A DNA stretch of 64,000 nt from Felis catus (Eukaryota), in NCBI RefSeq assembly GCF_018350175.1, contig NC_058383.1, positions 15,192,001-15,256,000 of the forward strand. The letters are read 5' to 3'. Both the position numbers and the translations under genes were made by a program. This document shows positions 50,421-63,344 of this stretch, in pieces. Within the stretch, counting starts at the first letter, position 1, and each line of letters starts with the position of its first letter. The notes beneath the pieces are model-generated. The model did no database searches. It saw only the letters and a list, made by a program, of their open reading frames with translations, and was not told the DNA's origin.

Positions 50421-51543
50421 AAGGGTATAATGTAGTTTTTACAGCTTTATATTCACAGACTGCATTCATTGCTAATTTAGTTATTTGCATCTTCATTTTT
50501 CTGGGTGAACCTAGCTAAAGGTTAATCAGTTTGGATTTTTTTCAAGAACCAAGTTAGTTTTATTAATTTTTTCTATTGTTTTCCTTTCCCTTATTTCATT
50601 ATTTCCGCCGTAACATTTATTATTTTCTTCCTCTTGCTTGCTTTGGGTCTAATTGTTCTTCTAGTTTCTTAAGATGAAGGTTATGTTATTGGTTGGATAG
50701 ATGTTCTTTTTAATGTAGGCATTTACACTATAAATTCCCTTTAAGGGGTACATTAGCAGCATTAAGTTTTGGTACATTGTTTTAATTTTCAATTATCTGA
50801 CAGTCTTTTCTAATTTCCCTTGTGATTTCTTCTTTGACCCTTTGGTTTTTTAGGATGTTGGTTAATTTCTACGTATTTGTGAATTTCCCAAGTTTTCTTC
50901 TGTTCATTTCTAATTTCATCCCATTAGTCATAGAACAAACTGCGTATAATTTAAACCCTTTTAAATTTATTGAAACTTGTCTTATGATCTAACAAAAGGT
51001 CTATGCTGGAAAATGTTCCATGTGTCTTTGAGGATGAAGTGTTGTCGGGTGGAGTGCTCTCTAGAGGCCTGGTTATAGTTGGTTTATAATGTTGCTCAGA
51101 TCTTCTGGGTCCTTGGTGATCTTCTGCCTAGTTCTTCTGACCATTGTTCAATGCCATCGTGTAAGTCTCCAATTATTATTATTACTGAATTGTTTCTCCC
51201 TTCAGTTCTGTCAGGTTTTGCTTCACGTATTTTGAGGCTCTGGGATTCTTGTTAGGTGCATATATGTTTATAACCATTACATCTTCCTAGTAGATTAAAT
51301 TATAAATAATTCGAATTCAATTATAATTTAGCATTATAAAATGTCCTTTTTCCTCGCTGGTAACAATTTTTTTGTCTTAAAGTCTTTTTTTTTTTTTTTT
51401 TTTTTGCTATTAGTATAGCCACTCTAGCTCTTTTTTGGTTTACTGCTTCCATGATACACCCTTTTCCATCTTTTTTTAGTCTTTGAATCTGAAATGATTT
51501 TCTTATAGATAACATATAATTGGATTTTTAAAAATCCATTTTG

Positions 51544-51748
51544 GGGGCGCCTGGGTGGCTCAGTTGGTTAACCATCCAACTTCTATGACCTTACAATTCG
51601 TGGGTTCAAGCCCCGTGTCAGGCTCTGAGCTGACAGCTTGGAGCCTGGAACCTGCTTCAGATTGTGTCTCCCTCTCTCTCTGCCCCTTCCCTCGCTTGTG
51701 CTCTCTCAAAAATAAATATTAAAATTTCTAAATAAATAAATACATAAA
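51544..51748 (+). mobile_element. CanSINE
   Basis: Full body with a small internal deletion. Confidence 0.88.
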
Positions 51749-51937
51749 TCATTTGGTCATCTCTCTTTCTTTTGATTGGGGTATTTAACCCATTTACATA
51801 ATATACTTACCATAGGTAGGATGTATGCCTGACATTTTTACTATTTGTTTTTTGAATGTCTTAGGTCTTTGTTCTATTCCTCTTACTGCCTTCTTTTGTG
51901 TTATTTTCTAGTGTACCTTTTCAATTCCTTTGCTGTT

Positions 51938-52755
51938 TGTGATATTGTGATTTATAATAAACACGTACTTTGGTCTTTGTCCCTGTTCCTGGCACAGAGC
52001 TCCTAAAACCCTTGGAATTTCCTAAGTGATGAGAGCAGAAAAGATGTCTTTTGTTATATTAATGAGGTGACTTTTGGAAAGCCCGTAGGCAATGTGGCTG
52101 GCTGCCAGGCTAACCAACCAAGTGATAAGAGAGTTGGAACTTTTGTTCTCACTCCCAGAACCTCTGCAGAGTGGAGAGGGGCTGGAGATGGAGCTCAATT
52201 GCCAACAGCCAATGATTAAGTCAATTAAACCAATGATTATTCCATGTGCCTATGGAATACGGCCGCTGTAAAAGCTCAAAAGCTCAGGGTTCAGAGAGCT
52301 TGGGGGCTGGTGAACACACGTTGGTAATGATGAAGTGGAATGCTCAGAGAAGGCATGGGAGATGCACCCATTCTCCATACCTTGCCCTGGGCACCTCTTC
52401 CACCTGGATGTTCCTGAGTTATTTCCTTTTATAACAAGCCAGTAATCTAGGAAGTAAAACATTTCTCAGTTCTGTGAGCTGCTCTAGCAAATTAATCAAA
52501 CCCATGGAGGGGGTTGTGAGACCCTCCCATCGAGAGTCAAGGGCCAGAAGTCCAGGTGAAAGACCCGGGCTGGCTGCTGGCATCTGAAGGGGAGGGTACG
52601 TAGCCTTGTGGGACTGAGCCCTTAACCTGTGATCATCTCACACTATCTCTTGGTAGACGGTGTCAGGATTTAGTGACTTGTAGGAGATCCAGCTGGTGTG
52701 CTGGATGTGCTTGGTGTGGGGAAAAGCCCAAACACAGGGACTGGGAACAGAATCA
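51938..52755 (+). mobile_element. MER21-family solo LTR
   Basis: Start tgtgatattgtgattt...ttcctggcacagagctcctaaaacccttggaatttcctaagtgat. Confidence 0.85.
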
Positions 52756-53949
52756 TATTCTTTTACCATATTTTAAAAATTTGTTCTCTTTGTGGCTGCT
52801 CTTGGGATTATAAGTAGCATCGTGACACAATCTACTTTGGATTCATACTAAATTTCACCAGTAGGCAGTCAATAGTTGCTCCAATATGCCTATGCCTTGT
52901 GCTGTACCCCCGTGAGCTATTACTGTCATGCGAATTACATCTTTACACATTGTAAGCCCATCAACACAGTTCTATAATTATCACTTTAGGCAACTGTTTT
53001 TTAAAATAGGAGGTACGAAGATACATTTATAAAACCTCTGAAATTACTTTTACCAGCGCTCTTTACTTCTTCATGTGCTTCTGTGTTAGTGTCTAGTGTA
53101 TTTCATCAGAGCCTTCAGTATTCCGTGCAGGGCAGGTCTGCAGGTGAATTCTCTCACTTTTTGTTTACCCGGAAATATCTTAATTTCTCCTTTATTTTTG
53201 AAGGAGGATTTAGACAAAGAATTGTTGGTAGAAAGCCTTTTCTTTGGGTCCCTTGAAGGTGCTATGCCTCTGTCCTCCAGCCTCCACGGTTTCTGATGAG
53301 AAGCCAACAGTTAGTTTTATTGAGGTTCACTGGTTTCTCTTAACAGATGATTTTCAGTTCCTTGTCAAATTCTAAAATTTAAGGATTTTAGTCACTTTGC
53401 CTATGTCTTCTTTGTTTTGGAGGGAAAGCGGTTTCCCTACAGTCCTTACTGTGGTTGAAAAAAGGTTTAGGATGGTCCAAAGCCCAGCATGTTCTGCCTC
53501 CAGGCTCCCCGCTCAGCACGAGCTCTTGCTTTTTAACACTTCCTTCTACTCTAGGGTATTTTTGCACCTCAAATTCAATGAACATTAACCCATCTGGGTT
53601 TCAAGGAGATCTTGCCTCACCGACCTGCATCACTCCTGTCTCCTGTCGGTCTCATAAGTCACCAGAACAGGAGACCAAAACATAAGCTTGAAGATGAGGT
53701 GGGTTCAAGAAAGGACAAAGGATTTCTGTGATACTCTGCAACCCTCCCATCCCATGTCACAGCAGACAGAAGTGTTCTGACTCTACTGCTTAGAAATAAT
53801 CAGAGCCTAGTTTTCAACTGGGTGAGTAGGTAGGTTACATTATGTATGGGTTTTACTTCAGCAGAAAACAGAGGGGGTGACAAGACAGACGGCTGGTATA
53901 CAGGAGGAGGTCGATCTGATGGGGTTTACAACCATGGCACTAGAAGCAT

Positions 53950-54001
53950 CTTTCAAATAAACACTCAAAAGAAAACTCGAGTCTTTCCAAAAGATTTTAT
54001 T
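53950..54001 (-). terminator. TYW1: Polyadenylation signal AATAAA plus U/GU-rich downstream element
   Basis: tttatt at 53996-54001 (+). Downstream on the minus strand reads gagttttcttttgagtgtttatttg. Confidence 0.7.
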
Positions 54002-54942
54002 AATCAAAATTTTAGGATAAAGGAATTTTTTAAAAATAACTATGATATTTTAAAAAAACTATTGGGTATTCAATGATGTTTTCAAGTAGAAAAAACTTGA
54101 ACCCTGAAGAACAGACTGTGTAAAGTAGCTCGGGCTACGAGAGGGAAAAGAAGGTGGGGACTTGTTCTGTGTATAAGGACAGGGGCTTGACCACTGACTT
54201 TTTGAACAAAAAGCAAACCATACTCAGTTTCAGAGTTTGTCTGTGAGACTAACTGATGACATCACAGAGCCATTCTTCTTCCAGAAGAGCCCTTTCACAC
54301 TGGTGCAGCCACTAATACCTTCTATGGCAATCTGTACGAGAACGGAGTGAGATCTAGGACGTTCAGATCCAATGCAAGTTCATAAAGGATTGGTACTAAG
54401 CAAAACTTTGATCTGTGCAGTATTTAAAAATAATTGAGAATTGTGACAACTTAAATGACTTCTGGGAGGTGTTATCTTAAATCTAAAGAAGGGATGGAGG
54501 TCTCGGAGGGGGCAGATCTACTTACCTTGGGGTAACACAGTCCACAAAGGTCAACAGCCCACGAAGGGGAGAGGAACAGACATTCATCCCTTATAACACC
54601 CTCAGGAATAGCATTCTTGGGAGTCTTACAAGTTATGATTCAAAACCACCAGTTAAATTCTAATGGCTGTGTACTTCCCCCGCAGTGATGTTCCTCTCAA
54701 AAGTAAAATCAGGAAAGGGACTGAGCTCTGAAAAGACACGTGAGGCTGAGTCCCAGGCACTCAGAGTGTGGATGCCACCTCCCCAACCCCAGGGGGTGAC
54801 TTGTGTCCCCGTGTGCGGCCTTCCATTCTTCCCTACATGAAACACAAGTCACGTGACGTGTCCTTTGAAAAACCACAGTGAGGCGTGAGAACCTTCGGGG
54901 GCCGGGAGTTCTTGTCCGTCAGTACCCTATAGTCAGATAATC
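53975..54942 (-). other. TYW1: TYW1 3'UTR (~0.97 kb, end inferred)
   Basis: Repeat-free sequence between the stop codon and a minus-strand AATAAA with a downstream U/GU-rich element. Confidence 0.7.
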
Positions 54943-55164
54943 TCAACACCCGGAAATATCCTTGGATTTGTTCTTTCTCTGGTATCTTGTGTCCTTGGGA
55001 TCAAAGCCTCTTTCACTGGCACCAAATAATGCCCAGAGAGGGGTTTTGGCCACATAATCCTTTGCGCTGAAATTTGTTAATCCACCGCTATCTTCATATT
55101 CCTGCACGAGCTCCTGGAACCGGTTATAATCAATCCATGTCCACCATTCGCCATCGATCTTAAA
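54943..55164 (-). CDS. TYW1: TYW1 (tRNA wybutosine-synthesizing radical SAM enzyme) terminal coding exon
   Basis: Manual minus-strand translation after a ...ctttttctttccAG acceptor (AG at 55166-55165) gives FKIDGEWWTWIDYNRFQELVQEYEDSGGLTNFSAKDYVAKTPLWALFGASERGFDPKDTRYQRKNKSKDISGC*. This closely matches my recall of the mammalian TYW1 C-terminus. Phase 0; TGA at 54945-54943. Confidence 0.93.
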   Translation of the reverse strand, partial: FKIDGEWWTWIDYNRFQELVQEYEDSGGLTNFSAKDYVAKTPLWALFGASERGFDPKDTRYQRKNKSKDISGC

Positions 55165-55389
55165 CTGGAAAGAAAAAGCGTAGTCAGGTCAGAAGCACAA
55201 ACGTCCTTAAAACTGTCAAGTAAGTATTTTAAACATTCGAAAACCAGCCTGGTCTCTTTTCTCTCTATCAAGTCCAAGAAAATCCTTTTGTGCTCCAGAT
55301 ATGGTTCCATATCAAAGCAGAATGAGCTTCTTCTCCCCTAGGACTGCTGCCAGGCTGGGCCTGGAAGACCCAACTGCTGAATACAGAAT

Positions 55390-55615
55390 ATAACCACAGG
55401 AGACTCTTAATGACAGAGGACAAACTGAGGGTCAATGGAGGGAGAAGGGTGGGGGGATGGGCTAGCTGGGTGCTGGGCATTAAGGAGGGCCCTGGTTGTG
55501 ATGGGCACTGGGTGTTGTCTGTAAGTGATCAATCACTGAATTCTACTCCTGAAACCAACACTGCACTGTATATGAACTAACCAGAATTTAAATAAAATTT
55601 TGAAAAGAAAAAAAA
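55390..55615 (+). mobile_element. Short carnivore L1 3' end in the TYW1 intron
   Basis: gggcattaaggagggc...tcactgaattctactcctgaaaccaa plus A-tail. Confidence 0.8.
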
Positions 55616-56657
55616 TACATCCTGGAATTGAAAGTCAAGTTTATTGTCAGCAGTCTCACTAAAAGAGGGTTAATTACATTTTTTTGGCATTATCATGTGT
55701 TAATGGACAAGCTAATTGTAATTCCTGTTGTTGCCACTTTTGATTTGGTATGAATTTTCTTGGTTGTGTTAGAAGCACCTAGTGGAATCCATTTTATTAT
55801 TAAACTTGGCTTGAGTTATTAGGCTTTTAATCAATGACTTCTAATTCTGAAATGCCAACAAAATGATTCAAACTGGCCTGTTTAACCTAACATGGATACA
55901 ATATCTCATTAGCAGAAAGCCTGTTAAGAATTTCAATTCAATAAAGGGGAATAATCCAATTTGTACTCTTTTAAGAAAATCGCTTCTCAAAAGTCCCTGT
56001 AGAATAATGACCAGGACGAAGGAAACAGGAAATAAACTGACGAAGCTCTGAAGGAATTACTAATTGAACTGTGAAGGCTTTTGACTCAAAGCATCTATTT
56101 GGCACTCATTTGTGTAAACAGATAATACACTGATACCTGATTTATAAACAGACAAATAGTTTTGTTAAGCTGCTATCTTCTCAAAAACTCTTAATTATGA
56201 CCCAAGTGAAGTAACAATTTTGCGTTCTAGCTGAGAAAAATATTGAAAATGCATAGTTTCCTGGATTCAGAATACTATTAAAATATGCTGAATTTCAAGG
56301 ACATCTGATTTTTTACCCAACAGCTAAGAGGTTTCCAGTGGACAAAAATTATCCAATAAATGGGAAAGTTTAGTCTACCTATGAATCATGAGAAATTTTC
56401 TTCTAATAAGACCATTCTTTGAAATGGTGCCCCAAAGGCCTCTCTGAACGCTGCAACCCAAGATACAGAATCCACATCTCCCCCATCGTTTTCCCTCCCA
56501 AGACAGACTGCTCTCAAATGTTCTCTGCTGCCCAAGAAAACAGTCATCCCTGAGTACTGGGCATTAGAACTCCAGAGTCAAAGGTGCCTCTCCCTTCCCT
56601 GGTCCCTCACATCCAAAAGATGTCAGGCCCCATTGATTCTTCCTTAGCAGCATTTCT

Positions 56658-56885
56658 TTCTTTTTTTCATGAAACTGTTTTTTAAGTTCATTTATTTTTT
56701 GAGAAAGAGAGAGAGAGAGAGCAGAGAAGGGACAGAGAAAAGGAGAGAGAGAGAATCCCAAGCAGGCTCTATGCTGTCAGTGCAGAGCCGAATGCAGGGC
56801 TCAAACTCCTGAACCATGAGATCGTGACCTGAGCCAAAACCAAGAGTCGGATACTTAGCCGACTGAGCCACACAGGCTCAGCCCC
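56658..56885 (-). mobile_element. CanSINE
   Basis: TSD agcagcatttct. Confidence 0.9.
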
Positions 56886-57735
56886 CTCCAGCAGCATTTC
56901 TATTGTCCTGATGCCACCCTAACACAGGTCCTCACTTCTGGGACTCAGCAAGTCCTCTTGCTGACTGATCTTCTGATGCCAATTTTGACTGCTTTCAACT
57001 TCTGCAGACGGAGATGCTGGGATTACTATGTCTACAACAGAATAGAGCCCTAGTATCTACAGTCTAAATACTAAACCTCCATTTGGAGACTCCCCAGGAG
57101 CCAACCCCCTTGTCATGTGATTTCTATCCTACTCCTGCTGTATGATTAACACCTACTTATGTCTCAGATCCCCTGGTAAACACCTTTTGCTCTGGGAAGT
57201 CTTCCTGAATCCCTTTAAACTATGACAGTTCACCTGCCACAGGACCTCACTACCCTGAACTTGGCCAACCACATATTAAAATTGCTTCTGTAGTTACCTC
57301 CCGCAGCCCACTCTATCCCACATCAGAACTGCTTGCTTTGTGAATACATCTGACTTATAATTTATGTTGGTACTCAGGACATACAACAGCTTAGCCTCTT
57401 CCTCCTTACCTCTTAACAAAACTAGAAGACTACAGGATGAGGAAAATTCCCACCTGTTTTTCTGACATCCTGACAGAATGGAATTTGCTGCTATTGGCTC
57501 CGTAGAATACTGTGTGCTGTTTTCACAGTGTATCCATGTAGGGGGCACAACACTCACACCTTACTGGAAATGGTGGAACACTCCAGCTAGCATAGGAGTA
57601 AACATGTCATTACCGTGTATGACATGTAAAATGAGGCCAATAATGACGGCTACCTTTTATTCTTCCCTCCTATAACAGTTATAGAATGCTAACTATGGAC
57701 TTGGCCCCATCACAGATATTTAAAAAATAATTACA

Positions 57736-57930
57736 GGGGCACCTGGGTGGCTCAGTCAGTTAAGCATCTGATTCTGACTCAGGTCTTGATCTCCTTGTTT
57801 GTGAGTTTGAGCCCCGCATCAGGCTCTGCACTGACAGTGACGAGCCTGCTTGGGATTCTCTCTCTCTCCTTCTCTCTCTGTTCCTCCCCTACTCATGCTT
57901 GCTCTCTCTCAAAATAAATAAATAAATAAA
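57736..57930 (+). mobile_element. CanSINE
   Basis: Full body. Confidence 0.9.
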
Positions 57931-58007
57931 TGTACTGTTTGGGTTTCCTAAGTAAATGACTCCACTAGATTTCTCTAAGATAAAGTCAAGCACCGTCCAC
58001 ATACTTA

Positions 58008-58227
58008 GTTTTGTTTTTTTTTTTTAATGTTTATTCATTTTTGAGAGACAGAGCACAAGCAAGGGAGGGGCATGGAGACAGGGAGACACAGAATCTGAAG
58101 CAGGGTTTCGGCTCTGAGCTGTCAGTACAGAGCCCAATGTGAGGCTTGAACCCACAAACCGTGAGATCATGACCTGAGCTTAAGTCAGATGCTTAACCGA
58201 TGGAGCCACCCAGCCCAGGTGCACCCC
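58008..58227 (-). mobile_element. CanSINE
   Basis: Full body, followed by a C-run. Confidence 0.9.
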
Positions 58228-58656
58228 CCCCCCCCCCCCCGCCCACCATACACACACTTAGGACTTTCAATATGTTTTTTAGTGTTCCACTTAAATATAA
58301 GCAGACAACTAGTGACCATCTGAAGAAAACTCCTAACAAGAACAATAAAAATAAACCAAAAGAAAAGAGTAACAGAGTAAACAGCCTAGGCAAGGGGAAA
58401 ACAGAACACAAAACAAAATAAAAACCCAAACAACTAAACTAAAACAACTGTCTTCAGAGAAATGAGACAATACTGTATACATAAAACAAACAAACAAACA
58501 AACAAACAAAAACCACTACCCTATAAAAAGGAACCCTTAAAGAATGAAAAGAACCTTAGGTTCTAAAACTACAGGAGCAAAGATGAAAGATTCACAGGAA
58601 AGTTAAGGGAAAAAATAACAACTTTATAGAATGTAGAATAAAAAAGACAAAAACCT

Positions 58657-58880
58657 GGGGTGCCTGGGTGGCGCAGTCGGTTAAGCATCCGACTTCAGCC
58701 AGGTCACGATCTCGCACTCCGTGAGTTCGAGCCCCGCGTCGGGCTCTGGGCTGATGGCTCAGAGCCTGGAGCCTGTTTCCGATTCTGTGTCTCCCTCTCT
58801 CTCTGCCCCTCCCCCGTTCATGCTCTGTCTCTCTCTGTCCAAAAAATAAATAAACGTTGAAAAAAAAAAAATTTTAAAAA
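58657..58880 (+). mobile_element. Young SINEC_Fc-type CanSINE
   Basis: Near-identical to the copy at 6637. Confidence 0.95.
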
Positions 58881-59624
58881 GATGAACAGATAGAACCTCC
58901 AACGCATCTGAAAGTCTGAGAGGAGATACAGGTGGCAGAGAGTTTGAGAGTTGATTTAGCTAAAGAATACAGAAGTCTAGACAAAGAAAAAAATAAGATA
59001 AATATCAACTCCAAGGAAACCAAAATGTATGCTGGAAACAAATAGCAATCATAGGAGACTGCACTGCTCAGCAGTGAACAGTGTTCACGTGGTCACATAA
59101 CGCATAAAACTACGGTATACATACATTGCAAAGGTGGGAGAACAGGAAAGGGCATGATGAGCAAATGTAGGGGAGAGCTTCATCTCATCTTCCACAGTGA
59201 AGAGACAACGAGAAAAAACAATGAATAGCAGCAATATTTGGTAAAGACAAATACCTAAATAATCAACCAAAAGTTGAAAGTAGCTGTTGCTTGAGAGGAG
59301 GGAAAGGAGGTATATTTGAGGAAAATACAAGGAACTACTGATTTTTGTAATAAACTTTGACTTCTTAGACGATGTAGAATTTTGATAAAACTAAAAAACA
59401 AAATTAAAAATAGTAATGACCAATCTATCGAAGTGAGGGAAGAGTATATTATTAACAACGTGAGCCAACAAAATAGGGTGGGGGTAAGGGGAAGACCTAC
59501 AGGACGATGGTAGCAGCCGCTATTCAGGAAGCATCCTACTGTGCACTAGGCACTGTTTGGTTCTCTAGCTGGTGTAATGCACTTTACAAAACTCATGTGG
59601 TTGGATGCCCATCTTTAAAACGGG

Positions 59625-59968
59625 TGGGGCACGCCTACACGGCTCAGTTGGTACAGCATGTGACTCTTGGTTGCTCGTGAGTTCAAGCCCCATGATGGGT
59701 ATGGAGTCACCTTAAAAAAATAAATAGGGTGCCTGGGGGGCTCAGTTGGTTAAGGGGCCAGACTCTTGATTTGGGCTCAGGTCATGATCTCACGGTTTGT
59801 GAGTTCAAGCCCTGCATTGGGCTCTCTGTTCACAGTGCAGAGCCTGCTTGGGATCTTCTGTCTCCCTCTCTGCCACTCCCCACTCATGTCAGCATGTGTT
59901 CTCTCTCTCTCTCCTCTCTCTCAATCCCTCCTTCTCTCTCAAAAATAAATAAATGTTAAAAAAAAAAA
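59625..59968 (+). mobile_element. Two tandem CanSINEs (short 59625-59722; full 59727-59968)
   Basis: Two heads in tandem. Confidence 0.85.
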
Positions 59969-61159
59969 GGCAAAAGTCCCAAAAAACTAACAAATATGTC
60001 AAAGGTGACATCCTCTGTAAGTGGAGAGCCACAATTCAAATTTGTGGGTCGTCAAGAGCCTGTGGTCGTTACATGATTGCACGCTGCTAGCTGTCAAACT
60101 GGAAAAAAGACAGAACTAATAATAACCATTTTATCTTTTAAGTATTTTGGAGTGCAAAGAGATTTTTCTCACCCCTGGACTTTTTTAAGTATAATATTTC
60201 TAAGTTAACTCCCTCTGTTTAACCGATCTAAAAGTTACAGAAAATAATGTGTATATCCCAAATTCTTAGTGTCCTTCAACCTTCCTCAGCATAGAGTCTA
60301 AAGAATGAGCACACTGAGGAGAAGCCTACTGTCTATTAATTATTTCTCTACCCAAGTACAGCATAATAGAGACTGTCTGTTCCAAGGCTAATGCAGGGGA
60401 AATGTAAGATTTATATGCAGACTTCTGAAGTCAGCCTGCTCTGCCTTTGATTGGTTCTGTTTTATTTACACAGTCTTTGTCCCTCCTGGCAAAATAATAA
60501 TTAAAAAAATAAAACTGCCATAGTGAAAGATATTCTTCCCATTATCTTAACTGGTTCCTAATAGTACAGGCAGTATAGGTGAGCACACTTTTTCTTTTTT
60601 TGTAGATGAAAATTGACGTCCCATTAGTTTCACGGTATCTTCCACATGGAAAGTCTATATAGAATATCCATAGCTACTTCAAACTCCAAATGTCCCAAAC
60701 AAAAATTCTTACCACTTTGGCCTGTCAATCTCATGCCTCAACCATGCTGTGCTGAAGTTATTCCAGCTTTTAAATGATAAATACTCTGTAGCTACTGGGA
60801 AAGTTCTAATCATTCAAAGGCATCATATTTCTACATACGCAAGAGTTAAAAATAAAGAGGAAATTCTGCATAGCAGTTGAAAAAGAGCAAGTCAAGAGCT
60901 ATTTATTAATATCACCATTGGAGATAGTCTTTGCAAATATTCCTCCACATGCTACTGTAGTATTCTTTACGGAAAAGTCAAATTATCAGCACCTTTAGGA
61001 AAGAGCCCTTATTAAAGGCCTGTAACAGGCAAGGCCCCATTCCAGATGTTTCATATTTGTCACTTTACTCAGCCATCACAATAACCCTGTAAACACAGTT
61101 ACACTATTTTTCAGATAAGAAAATGAGAAATGGTGAGGCTGGGCTTTGAAAACAGATAT

Positions 61160-61995
61160 ACCACAACAAAGTTCAGGAGTCCCCAAGACCACCCCCATTT
61201 CTGCCACCAATTGTAAATGCAGGGGTTCCCAAGGCCACCTTCAGTTTGACCACTCACTAGAAGGACCCACAGAATTCACTGAAAGCTGTTAATAGTATGG
61301 TTTCTTACAGCGGAAGGACACAGATGAAAATCAGCGTAAGGAAGAGGCACATGGGACAGACTTGAGGAAAGTTCCATGCCCAGAGCTTCCAGCTGCCCTC
61401 TGTCACTCAAGTAGTGGTCAGAGCTAATATCACCCATCAGTGATGCGTGAGAATAGGCATGGAGCGCTGCCAACCTAGGAAGCTCAACCTGAGCCTCGAG
61501 GTCCAGAGTTTTTCCTGGGGCTCAGTCTCCTAGACAGCTGACTGCTGAGTGGCTGACTTTAGTTTCCAGCTTCTCTGAAGGTCAAGCAAATACAGTGTAG
61601 CCCAAAGCCTCTACCCTAAATCACATGCCTAGTGTAGACTACCTAGCATGACCCCAGGCCCCCAGATAAACAAAGATACTCTGACCAGACAAGATATTCC
61701 AAGAGCTTGAAAATCACCTCTTAGAAGCTGAGGGCAAAAAGCAGCCCTTTTTTTTTTTTTTTTTTAAGTTTATTTATTTTTGAGACAGAGACAGAGCATG
61801 GACGGGGGAGGGTCAGAGAGAGAGGGAGACACAGAATCCAAAGCAGGCTCCAGGCTCCGAGCCGTCAGCCCAGAGCCCGACGCGGGGCTTGAACCCACAG
61901 ACCACGAGATCGTGACCTGAGCCGAAGTCGGAGGCTTAACCGACTGAGCCACCCAGGCGCCCCAAGAGCAGCCCTTTCTTTAGGTAAAATTACAG
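61160..61995 (-). mobile_element. MER21-like LTR interrupted by a CanSINE
   Basis: cccaaggccaccttcagtttgaccactcactagaaggacccacagaattcactgaaagc. Confidence 0.6.
61748..61963 (-). mobile_element. Young CanSINE in an LTR
   Basis: TSD gcagccctt. Confidence 0.93.
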
Positions 61996-62137
61996 CCGAA
62001 CTCAAAGTCCACATACAATGGATAAAGTAGAAACACACAAAAATAAAAAAGAACACTAACAACAAAAAAAGACTCCTACATTTCATTTGAATTTTCACAC
62101 TCCTAAGGAGGGCTCTTGTACAATCTTAGTGTTGGTT

Positions 62138-62336
62138 CTTTTTTTTTTTTTTTTTAATGTTTATTTATTTATTACGGGAGGGAAGGGCAGAGAGAGAGGG
62201 AGAGAGAGAATCCCAAGGAGGCCCCACATTATCAGTACAAGCCCGATGCAGGGCTCAAACCCACAAACCATGAGATCATGACCTGAGCTGAGGTCAAGGG
62301 TCGGGCACTTAACGACTGCGCCCCCCAGGTGGCCCC
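62138..62336 (-). mobile_element. CanSINE
   Basis: Full body. Confidence 0.88.
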
Positions 62337-63344
62337 AGCGTTGGCTATTTTCTAAGTCTGGTCCCGCAAACACACAGTAATACTTACAAACGAAACCTTG
62401 GGAAAGTGCCAGTGAGAGGATGGATGAGAGGCTGCCAGGCCCTCTCATAATTCAGAAGTGCATGTGAACTGGGAAGGAGAGGAGATCCCAGGTTAGTTTG
62501 AGGGAGAAGTGATCTGGGAATTCAAAAAAAGAGAGTGCTTACTGTAGTCCTTCTTAAACTTCCCAGATTTATGGATTTTGTTCTTGACTATCCTAGCGAC
62601 AACTGCGTCGTTTGTTCCGTGGCTGAGAGGAGGCACAGATCACTTCCAAGTGCACCTGACTGCCTGCGACTGTGGAGCCCCGAGCAAAGTTGCCTCCTTT
62701 TTCTGGGTTTGCTGGTGACAAGTAGAATTCACATGGCAACAGCTGCCCGAGGAACCACTTTGAGAAGCAAAACTACAACAATGTGACTGAATTCTAGATA
62801 TATCCAAGTGCAATTAAAAAGCTTTTAAATCTGGAAACTCAATTTCTGGAATTTCTATCTTAATCTACAGTTTTGTTGGAATAGAGCTAAGTCCTCTCAG
62901 CCGTGTCACCAAAATGCCACTTTTCTCTGACATTTCTCTGCATGTAATTACTGGGAGCAACCAGGCCTCTGACAAGCATGAGTTCTACATGTATCACAGA
63001 AAGTAAAATATTCTGTCGGTAGGTTCTTTTGGGAAAACACTGCACAAAACCTAAATGGTGACACGCAATTCCTTCTTACTCCAAGAAAGGAGGGCTCAGG
63101 GAGAGGACACCTCTTCCTTCCCTTCCTCTGTAGACTGCAAGTTTATACGTCTAAGAGGGAGGCCTCTGTGATCAATGCTGAATTATGCAGAAGGCTTCAA
63201 ATTTGGCAAAACTTTCCCAGAGGTGGCTTTGAAGGAGGTCCACCAGACTCCTCGGTGAACTGGGAGGGGATCCGCCTGGTTTTCAGTGGATACCTGCCTC
63301 TGTTTCCCCACCTTGTGACTGTTCTGTAGCATTTAGGAGATGGC

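Larger units (their letters stand above)
50450..53340 (-). mobile_element. Ancient L1M ORF1/ORF2 fragment interrupted by a SINE and a MER21-like LTR
   Basis: ORF 51321 (RARVAILIA, EN-like) and ORF 53086 (KGEIKIFPGKQKVREF, ORF1 CTD-like). Confidence 0.7.

Noticed and set aside
1..53900. CALN1 coding exons expected from synteny
   Set aside because: No sequence matching my recall of the CALN1 protein was found; non-coding 5' exons cannot be excluded
55077..55310. 77-aa minus-strand ORF (MEPYLEHK...)
   Set aside because: Runs from the intron across the acceptor in a different frame from the true TYW1 exon
57294..57675. Intronic ORFs as a possible penultimate TYW1 exon
   Set aside because: No similarity to the expected upstream TYW1 peptide (recalled as ...CEHEHSNCLLIAH)
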